From a virus, in the IMG/VR virus record IMGVR_UViG_3300005613_000203, positions 1 through 36,427 of that record: DNA of 36,427 bases; one strand, written 5' to 3'. The notes below the pieces were generated by a model. It saw only the letters and a program-made list of their open reading frames with translations, had not been told where the DNA came from and did no database searches. Numbering within the stretch: the first letter of the stretch is position 1; each line of letters starts with the position of its first letter. Below, one piece after another: positions 25,996-32,751 of this stretch. The position numbers were made by a program, and so were the translations under genes.

Positions 25996-26307
25996 AGGGT
26001 CTTGATTTTGGAGAACTACTTGTTCATTTAATATTACGTGAGTTCCATACCAAGAGATCTTCGCATCTATGTCGACAGCGGATAGTTGTTGAGCAGGAGG
26101 TGTTACTCCTGTATTTCCTAAAGGCACCATTGCGGTGTCTAAGGAATTGTATCTTCTCATGCGCAACGTGTTACCACCATTACGGGGCATACGTTTTTTC
26201 ATTGCAGGTATTTTCATGATCATATTTGGTGTAGGTACACTCAAAAGTTTGTATGAAAACGACTGCTGAACGGGCGCCGGAAGAGACGTTGTTGTAGTGA
26301 TAGGCAT
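25996..26307 (-). CDS. Major capsid protein, exon 1 (104 aa)
   Basis: ...FSYKLLSVPTPNMIM...NGGNTLRMRRYNSLDTAMVPLGNTGVTPP...SWYGTHVILNEQVVLQNQDP has a capsid N-terminal pattern. The remaining 31 codons of the track ORF are intron read-through. Confidence 0.75.
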
Positions 26308-26495
26308 TATTCTTCCTTAAGTTTACATAAGCCCCAAATCTTGTCAAACTATGATTACTAGTTTGGGTTCGGAGCTGTGTTTTTCCTTAAGAATGACGAG
26401 TTCTTTTTACGTCAGAGCTGGCGAGGCTCAATACGCCGAAGGGTTAAAGGTGACGAACCTTTGATACGTCACCGTCAGTATATAAAGGATTTTAA

Positions 26496-27146
26496 ATGAT
26501 AGGCAAGAAGTTTGGAAAATGGGAAGTTTTAGGTGAAGTAAAAATTGGCAAACCAGGAAAGCAGTACGAGTGTATGTGCGAGTGTGGAAATATTTCTGTA
26601 AAAAGTGGAACCGAGTTAAGGAAGGGAAGGGGCACGCAATGCCGAGAGTGCATGTATGCCACATTATACGATCCACAAAAAGAGATTGGTAAAAAATATG
26701 GGAAATGGACAATTATTAGGTTTATTGAGGTAAGAAGGAAGTTAATGCATTATGAAACCGAGTGTGAATGTGGACGTCGTTCTATACATGCGGCAGCTGA
26801 TCTAAGGTCCGGAAAATCAATTCAGTGTATTTATTGCCACAATAGACAAAACGCTCTTAAAAACACGAAGCATGGCATGCATACCAGTCCTATTTATCGC
26901 ATATGGCAGGCTATGGTACAGAGGTGCACTAACTCTAATGCTACTCACTATTATCGGTATGGTGGGCGCGGAATAAAGGTGTGTGATCGCTGGAGGGAAT
27001 CTTTTGAAAATTTCTATAAAGATATGGGCGATCGACCTGATGGTATGACAATTGATCGCATAGACAACAATGGTAATTACGAGCCAGCTAATTGTAGATG
27101 GATAACCCATAAAGAGAACTGTAGAAATCGTTATTATAAAAAATAA
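26496..27146 (+). CDS. Free-standing HNH-family homing endonuclease (opposite strand)
   Basis: Two N-terminal GKK[FY]GKW...ECxCECG...QCxxC modules. Followed by HG...YRIWQAMVQRC...YGGRGIKVCDRW..FENFYKDMG.RP.G.TIDRIDNNGNYEP.NCRW, a widespread phage endonuclease signature. Confidence 0.7.
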   Translation: MIGKKFGKWEVLGEVKIGKPGKQYECMCECGNISVKSGTELRKGRGTQCRECMYATLYDPQKEIGKKYGKWTIIRFIEVRRKLMHYETECECGRRSIHAAADLRSGKSIQCIYCHNRQNALKNTKHGMHTSPIYRIWQAMVQRCTNSNATHYYRYGGRGIKVCDRWRESFENFYKDMGDRPDGMTIDRIDNNGNYEPANCRWITHKENCRNRYYKK

Positions 27147-27476
27147 CTATTCATCTCGTTGGTAATGGTTGCCGTCAGAAAACCTGCCACCCCATTTATT
27201 TTTAGGATCTAAAGACTCCCAAAATTCGCCGAATACGCGATGAGATTCTGTATCTGATAGATAGTCACCATCAGGCGAGAAAAGATTCAGGTCAACGGCT
27301 AATCGTTTGCAGTGGAGGCTTTCCTTGATGCCTTTACCGGCCTGTTCGTACCACATTGCTTGTTGGAGGGTACGAAAAGCCTCTCCAAAGGTACAGGAGT
27401 AGTTGTTTCGGTAGATGTAGAGAATGAGAAGGGCAATATCTTGGGTGAATTTTTGTTGTTTTTGAGAGAGTTTCAT
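27147..27476 (-). CDS. Endolysin, peptidase M15 (VanY / L-Ala-D-Glu peptidase-like)
   Basis: Zinc-ligand pattern SLHCKRLAVDL (H-x6-D) plus a C-terminal DGNHY. 109 aa with no signal peptide. Confidence 0.7.
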   Translation of the reverse strand: MKLSQKQQKFTQDIALLILYIYRNNYSCTFGEAFRTLQQAMWYEQAGKGIKESLHCKRLAVDLNLFSPDGDYLSDTESHRVFGEFWESLDPKNKWGGRFSDGNHYQRDE

Positions 27477-27544
27477 GGCGGCTTTCAGGTTGGTGCGCAG
27501 AAATCGGAGAAGAAGAGGATCTGCGCACCTGTCTCATGAGAATG

Positions 27545-28363
27545 TTATCTATTTTTCATTGATTCGAGCATTTCACGGTGAAGCTGTTGTCGTAACTCTT
27601 CAGTAAGCCCGCTTGCAAAAGCATTTGCATTGGTTAATGGTGACTCTCCTTGTTGTGGAGATATAGAGGTAAGTGGTCGTGGCTTAGAAACGTTTTTCTT
27701 TGCGCGCTCTCTGTCATCTGAGTAAGTGTCTTCACGATAAATACCCATCTGTTTCACCATTTTGTATGCAAGTGCATGCTGTTTGTAAACGTCTTTAGTT
27801 GAAAGAATCGCATCAGCAAGATCAGGATCTGCTTCACGCAACTTTCTCAGATTGTCATAGTTGGCAACTTTATCAAAATCAGGAAAATCACGCTTAATCT
27901 TGAGCTCAGTTGTTGTCATTTGCGTTTGTTGTGCCGATTCGTCAAGTTTCTTCTCAAGAGTTTTTATCTTGTTGACGAGCTGCATTAAATGTTTGCCTTC
28001 AGCGAGATCCTCGGGATTAAAGTTAAGGTCGTCCTTGATCTCTTGAATCTCTTTTTGGGTTGTTTGCTTCGTGGTGGTGGCTTGCATTTCTTGAAGTTTG
28101 CGCATGAGTTCGTCGCGTTCACGTTCGGCTCGTTCAGAGCGTTCGCGTAAGATGCGCATGTTTTCTTCTTTGGAAGACCTTTTCTCCTCAACGGGCTGTT
28201 CTTCTTGTGGTTCTAAAGTAGTCTCGTTAGGGTCCCCGGCTTCTTCTTCTTGAGCTGGTTCTGGTTGTTGGGGTGCTTCTTCTTGTTCGAGAGTACCAAA
28301 TTGCTCTTCAGCTTTCTTTTTCATAGCCTCAATTTGTGATTGAGATGCGTGTGGAAGATTCAT
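27545..28363 (-). CDS. Scaffolding protein
   Basis: 272 aa, very acidic and Gln/Glu-rich, with long coiled-coil stretches. Lies between the portal and capsid genes. Confidence 0.6.
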   Translation of the reverse strand: MNLPHASQSQIEAMKKKAEEQFGTLEQEEAPQQPEPAQEEEAGDPNETTLEPQEEQPVEEKRSSKEENMRILRERSERAERERDELMRKLQEMQATTTKQTTQKEIQEIKDDLNFNPEDLAEGKHLMQLVNKIKTLEKKLDESAQQTQMTTTELKIKRDFPDFDKVANYDNLRKLREADPDLADAILSTKDVYKQHALAYKMVKQMGIYREDTYSDDRERAKKNVSKPRPLTSISPQQGESPLTNANAFASGLTEELRQQLHREMLESMKNR

Positions 28364-28845
28364 TAATAATCCTCAAGTTTGTTTGATTCTTTAACTTCAT
28401 TGTTAAGTTTTTTAGAGAGCGCGAGAAGGTCACCGTCTCTATCTTTAATGATGAGGCCGAGAAGCCAACGCTCTTCAGGAACAATCTTATCAATATTTTC
28501 TAAAAAGAGTTGGCACGTATCGCGTGAAGGAAGTACCCACAAGAATTCTAATACATCTTCTTTGCGATGAAAGTGGTAAACAGTTTGATCATATTCTGGA
28601 GTTGGGCAGCTTTTCCTTACAAAGAAGTAATTTCTGAGTACTAATTCGAGAAGTCGCTCTTTTTTGGTAAGAACAACAACAAAGAAATCTCCATCAAAAT
28701 CCTTTTTCCCGCGATCAACTGCTTCATACACATGCTTTTCATAATCTTTATGAGCTTCACGCTCGACATCAATAGGGCTTACCGGCTGATGGGCCTGCTC
28801 CATTATTTCTTTAGTAATCTGACCAATGGTTTTATCTTTATGCAT
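28363..28845 (-). CDS. Hypothetical protein (160 aa)
   Basis: ORF with AAGGAG upstream and a start/stop overlap with the scaffold gene. Confidence 0.5.
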   Translation of the reverse strand: MHKDKTIGQITKEIMEQAHQPVSPIDVEREAHKDYEKHVYEAVDRGKKDFDGDFFVVVLTKKERLLELVLRNYFFVRKSCPTPEYDQTVYHFHRKEDVLEFLWVLPSRDTCQLFLENIDKIVPEERWLLGLIIKDRDGDLLALSKKLNNEVKESNKLEDY

Positions 28846-28893
28846 TTCTTCTCCTTAGATCTCTCGTAAGAGTACCATCTCATCAAATTCAGT

Positions 28894-28948
28894 AAAAATC
28901 AAAAAGAACCCACTCTGCAAGAATGTAGGGGGACAACGGCAGAGTGGG
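28894..28948 (-). terminator. Rho-independent terminator
   Basis: Minus strand reads CCCACTCTGC-20 nt-GCAGAGTGGG followed by TTCTTTTTGATTTTT. Lies 25 nt after the stop at 28973. Confidence 0.65.
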
Positions 28949-28972
28949 CTGGAAGTAGCGTAAAGTATATAA

Positions 28973-29236
28973 TTACTTGCTACGCGATTGGGCTTTTTTG
29001 CTTTTCAAATGTTTAATGAAGCCTTTATCTTCTTGTGCTTCTTTATAATATTTTCCAATGTCATCTTTTAAGTGATCTATAATCATCTTGCGTGATGCTT
29101 TACGCTTCAAAAGCTTCTTAATAAGCGCTTCATCTTCGCTGATTTCTTCTTTAAAGCCAGCAATGTCGCCTTTAAGGTGCTTAATAACTTTCTTATGCAC
29201 AGGCTTCTTATTTGCCACTTTTTTTCCTCTTAACAA
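28973..29236 (-). CDS. Lysine-rich basic protein with internal repeat
   Basis: HLKGDIAGFKEEISEDEALIKKL and HLKDDIGKYYKEAQEDKGFIKHL repeat, with K-rich termini. Confidence 0.5.
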   Translation of the reverse strand: MLRGKKVANKKPVHKKVIKHLKGDIAGFKEEISEDEALIKKLLKRKASRKMIIDHLKDDIGKYYKEAQEDKGFIKHLKSKKAQSRSK

Positions 29237-29558
29237 CTTTTTTTGCTACGGGACTTTTGCTGCGCTTTGCGAGCTCAGGATATTTTTTATAGACAGCGCG
29301 TTTAATGCCTTCTGGATTTGGGGCATTATGTGCATATGCTAATGCTGCCTTGGCACGTTTGAGGCTATTAATAGGATACGATCCTTTTGGCGCGCCACCT
29401 TTTGGGCCTGCAAATTCAGCTGCCTTTACGGTTGGATATTTCCCAACGCTTGATCCACCCGGTTTATGCTCCATGGCTCGTTCTTTTTTACGTGTAACCG
29501 TAACACCTTTGGCGATTGTAACTTTTTTAGGTTTTTTTGTGGATGTTTTTTTCTTCAT
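29208..29558 (-). CDS. Lysine-rich basic protein (116 aa from M19)
   Basis: Starts MKKKTSTKKPKK.... Conserved-looking core GSYPINSLKRAKAALAYAHNAPNP. The first 18 codons of the track ORF cover a hairpin, so the start was moved to 29558. Confidence 0.5.
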   Translation of the reverse strand: MKKKTSTKKPKKVTIAKGVTVTRKKERAMEHKPGGSSVGKYPTVKAAEFAGPKGGAPKGSYPINSLKRAKAALAYAHNAPNPEGIKRAVYKKYPELAKRSKSPVAKKVVKRKKSGK

Positions 29559-29584
29559 ACTCAAGCCTTTGTATACATAAAGAC

Positions 29585-29612
29585 GTGCCCGAGATAGGGA
29601 GGACTCGGGCAC
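29585..29612 (-). terminator. 9-bp GC-rich hairpin (terminator/attenuator-like)
   Basis: GTGCCCGAG-10 nt-CTCGGGCAC, followed on the minus strand by GTCTTTATG (weak U-tract). Confidence 0.4.
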
Positions 29613-29621
29613 ACATTGTAA

Positions 29622-29768
29622 CTATCGAACGAGTCGCGTATCTTGCTGGGCAAGTCGTTCGTCGGAATATGATGACTTCTTTCTGCGACGACGCTTCATA
29701 TTGGGAGGTGCCCCTATGATGTCATCGAGAATTCGCTGCGCCTTTTTTGGTCGCGGTGCACAAGGCAT
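29622..29768 (-). CDS. Small Arg/Lys-rich protein (48 aa)
   Basis: Manual translation gives MPCAPRPKKAQRILDDIIGAPPNMKRRRRKKSSYSDERLAQQDTRLVR*. AAGGAG lies 5 nt upstream of the ATG. Confidence 0.4.
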   Translation of the reverse strand: MPCAPRPKKAQRILDDIIGAPPNMKRRRRKKSSYSDERLAQQDTRLVR

Positions 29769-29792
29769 CCTATCTCCTTTGTATGTGGTAAA

Positions 29793-30053
29793 TCAATATT
29801 TTTCTGGATATTTCATCCCTTTTTTGCGGCGTTCGCCACGTACATCGTCATTCATTTGAACGTCGATGCCTTTAATGTTGTCATTAAGATCATAACTATC
29901 ATAATCTACTTTTGGATACTCTTTATAAACAACATTTTGTGGAAGATTTGATGGAGCATTATAATCTTCACTAATCATTGATGGTTCACTGTAATAACGT
30001 TTTCTTTTTGCCATGGTCGGCCTTTCGTAGAAACTGTGAGCTTCATTACTCAC
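29793..30053 (-). CDS. Hypothetical protein (86 aa)
   Basis: ORF just downstream of portal. The start may be the internal MAKRKRYY. Confidence 0.45.
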   Translation of the reverse strand: MSNEAHSFYERPTMAKRKRYYSEPSMISEDYNAPSNLPQNVVYKEYPKVDYDSYDLNDNIKGIDVQMNDDVRGERRKKGMKYPEKY

Positions 30054-30075
30054 AAGGTTAATAAAATACCTCTAA

Positions 30076-32109
30076 CTACTCTATCCGTGACACGTTTTGC
30101 TCCGGATTCATAGTCTCTTGTGCAGTCTGTCTTTCACGCGCTGCAGTCATTTGAGATAGTCTGATCAATTTCTCCAATTGCATCAAGTCAACATCTTCTA
30201 TCTCTTTTAATGCTTGTACAAAATGCAATAACGCAAGTTCACGATCTTTTTGAGCCTCAGCTTTGCGCTCAACTGCAAGTGCTTTATTCTCTTGAATTCG
30301 GCTCATGCGCTCGAGTCCGAGCCCAGTATCCGCAGCGGCGCGAGCCTTACTAAGAACGGCTTTTGCCTCTTTTTCTTCAACAGCTGCTTGAACTTGTGTT
30401 TGTTGCATTTGCATGGCCATTTGTTGTTGTGCGCGTGCGTTTTCGATAATTTTCTTTTTGTTTTGGATGGTGGCAGCTTCGAGAAGGTCGTCTTGAGAGA
30501 TAGGGACGCCTGCTTCGCGAAGTTGTAAGAGCTGTGCAAATTGCATCTGTTTCTGGGTGGTAGTGTTAAGGCCTTCTTCTACTGCAACGTCATAGGTTCC
30601 GAATGCTTTATTGTAGAATTGTGGAGCTGGTTCTTCTTCGATGATTCGTTTGATTTTGCCGGGGGTGAAATTTGTTTGAATGAGGTCTACCATAATTCGG
30701 CCGAGAAGTTTTTGTGAGTAGTCGAGTTGATCGAAGAGTATTTGGAGGGTTGTGAGACCGGCTCCTTGACGAAGCATAGAAAGGATTCCGGCCTTGTCAT
30801 CAATAGCTGAGCCGAGAAGCTCTTCGTTAACGCCTGATATTTCTTGTACTTCGCGTGCTAAGAGCTCTGAAAGCTGAATCATTGATGGTGGCACTTGCGG
30901 AGCCTGTATCTGCTGGACATCCGTCATATTTGCTTCGTCTTTAAGTGCTAGTCCTCTTCCCTGCCCAGATAGGAACACATCTTTTGGATTAACGAGTGCG
31001 CTTTCTTTATATATCCAACCAGAGTTAATTTGGCTTTCCAGTATATCAAGCTCAATAATTCGACGGCGGTTGTATAGATATTGCGCATCGCGCAGACCAC
31101 GCACCACGCCCTGGATCCGGTATGGGAAATAAGGCATTTGAGGATTGTAATATCCAAGAACAGGAACAAAAGGGTAACGATCAATACCCATCGGATTAGG
31201 GCCATCATAAAAAACCTTTCCTTGTACAACAATTGCAAGTTTTACAGTTGGAATCTCTTGTTCTACAACGGTTACTTGTGGGTACATACGCAAAAATTCG
31301 CCAAGAGCATCTTCATCTTGCGAGCGCCATTCAAGTGTTTCTCCAGTCTGCGTGTCGATGAGCATTTTCTGTGTACGATAGTCACGATAATAAAATTCGT
31401 CGTATGTTAAGAGATTTTTGTATCCATAGTTATATGATTCAGGCATGTACTGGAATTTGGCATCTTTCCCAGCACCGCTTACCGATGGAAGTGCGAGAAT
31501 ATCTTCTGCATATGCCGGTAATAAAGACATACATTCGCGCTTACTTAAAAATGATCGCTTCCATAAAGCGTTACAATCAGAGAGATCCTGTTTCTTAAAG
31601 TACGGATCTATTAAAAAAGAGTTATATGAACAGTTATCAACTTTGATGTTTCCGCATACGGGATCAGAGCGGTAATCGATCCAGACTTGAAGAAGGTTCA
31701 TGCCGGTTACCAGTGCTCCATGAAAAGAGTTTGAGATCGTTTCGAGCACTCCTTCTTGCTGCGTAGCCCATAAAAGAACTTTTGAGAACTGGTCAGCTGT
31801 CTCTTCGTCCGCATTATCTACCGGTACCGCAATAATAGACTTACGATTTCGGCGTTGATGGCCAGAAATCATATTTATTACACGTCTAATACGGTTAAAA
31901 TTGAACTGTTTTTGACGATTTGCGGGCAGATTGCCGTATATATCGTTCCATAATGTTTGATCACCAGCCTCAAATCGTGTATCTGTATCGGCTTCACCCC
32001 AAAACGACTGGTTGATCGTTATAGCTTCGGAGTAAAACGCTTCCATCCGCGAAAGGATGGATTTATCGTTTTGGTTATAATATTCAGGTCCAAGGGCTGG
32101 AAATAACAT
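30076..32109 (-). CDS. Portal protein
   Basis: 677 aa. Position after the terminase. Conserved-looking N-terminal half (...FNFNRIRRVINMISGHQRRNRKS...) and a long helical Gln/Ala-rich C-terminus. Confidence 0.75.
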   Translation of the reverse strand: MLFPALGPEYYNQNDKSILSRMEAFYSEAITINQSFWGEADTDTRFEAGDQTLWNDIYGNLPANRQKQFNFNRIRRVINMISGHQRRNRKSIIAVPVDNADEETADQFSKVLLWATQQEGVLETISNSFHGALVTGMNLLQVWIDYRSDPVCGNIKVDNCSYNSFLIDPYFKKQDLSDCNALWKRSFLSKRECMSLLPAYAEDILALPSVSGAGKDAKFQYMPESYNYGYKNLLTYDEFYYRDYRTQKMLIDTQTGETLEWRSQDEDALGEFLRMYPQVTVVEQEIPTVKLAIVVQGKVFYDGPNPMGIDRYPFVPVLGYYNPQMPYFPYRIQGVVRGLRDAQYLYNRRRIIELDILESQINSGWIYKESALVNPKDVFLSGQGRGLALKDEANMTDVQQIQAPQVPPSMIQLSELLAREVQEISGVNEELLGSAIDDKAGILSMLRQGAGLTTLQILFDQLDYSQKLLGRIMVDLIQTNFTPGKIKRIIEEEPAPQFYNKAFGTYDVAVEEGLNTTTQKQMQFAQLLQLREAGVPISQDDLLEAATIQNKKKIIENARAQQQMAMQMQQTQVQAAVEEKEAKAVLSKARAAADTGLGLERMSRIQENKALAVERKAEAQKDRELALLHFVQALKEIEDVDLMQLEKLIRLSQMTAARERQTAQETMNPEQNVSRIE

Positions 32110-32141
32110 TGCTTCACACCTTTCTTAACCGGCCTTATAAG

Positions 32142-32282
32142 ATGTTTCACCCCATCATAAAATTGCTAGGTACAGATATCAAGTTATTTGTGCCATTGCG
32201 AGAGAAATATGCCGAGCATAAGGATGCAATAACAGAGCAGTACAATATTCTGGCTAAAAAAGTTGAACATCGTTCACCTTGA
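32142..32282 (+). CDS. Possible small plus-strand ORF (46 aa)
   Basis: Manual translation gives MFHPIIKLLGTDIKLFVPLREKYAEHKDAITEQYNILAKKVEHRSP*. It ends inside the 32274..32319 hairpin. Speculative. Confidence 0.2.
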   Translation: MFHPIIKLLGTDIKLFVPLREKYAEHKDAITEQYNILAKKVEHRSP

Positions 32283-32319
32283 GCTTAACAACCCCAACAA
32301 TACCATAAGCTCAAGGTGA
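32274..32319. terminator. 14-bp perfect stem hairpin downstream of the secreted-protein gene
   Basis: TCACCTTGAGCTTA-18 nt-TAAGCTCAAGGTGA. On the minus strand a TTTTTT run follows about 12 nt later. Confidence 0.5.
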
Positions 32320-32328
32320 AACAACACG

Positions 32329-32733
32329 CTACGCTGAAAACGAAAACGTTTTATCGCGATTAACGTGTAGTTTTTTCACTGATTCAGCATGCAGATAGTC
32401 ATCAAAAAACTTCTTAAACTGGTCAACTTTTATATCTTCACGGCTTGAAAAGAAATCTATAAAACATGTCCCTGAATCGTTTTCAATGACAATGGTGGCA
32501 TGGCAGCCATCCATCAACACGCAGACGGTGATAGTGCCATGCTTGTCAACAGATGTTGTTACTCCTTTGAATTCAGTGTCAAGGTGTGAGCACGCATAAA
32601 CAAATCCAAAAACAACAGGAGTTCTATTCTCCTCAAGGGCACCGGGGCAGCGGTGGTAATTGATCATTGTATGGGAAACTACGCCACAAAGAGGAAGAAC
32701 GGCAAGAAGGAGCGATAATGTAAACTTGTTCAT
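32329..32733 (-). CDS. Secreted Cys/His-rich protein (moron between terminase and portal)
   Basis: N-terminal signal peptide MNKFTLSLLLAVLPLCGVVS. No family recognised. Has its own downstream hairpin. Confidence 0.5.
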   Translation of the reverse strand: MNKFTLSLLLAVLPLCGVVSHTMINYHRCPGALEENRTPVVFGFVYACSHLDTEFKGVTTSVDKHGTITVCVLMDGCHATIVIENDSGTCFIDFFSSREDIKVDQFKKFFDDYLHAESVKKLHVNRDKTFSFSA

Positions 32734-32751
32734 ATATAAAAAACCCTTTCG

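Noticed and set aside
26428-26712. 94-aa minus-strand ORF upstream of the capsid gene
   Set aside because: It overlaps the start of the well-supported plus-strand HNH gene, has a Cys/Phe/Thr-rich nonsense-like composition, and has no RBS.
27312-27539. Overlapping ORFs 27334..27537(-) and 27312..27539(+) as a holin or embedded lysis gene
   Set aside because: Their translations are not hydrophobic (no TM segments), and they lie almost entirely within the endolysin gene.
29559-29612. The first 18 codons of the 134-aa ORF 29208..29612
   Set aside because: This stretch coincides with a 9-bp GC hairpin. The internal Met (29558) starts a typical MKKK... basic N-terminus with an AAAGG upstream.
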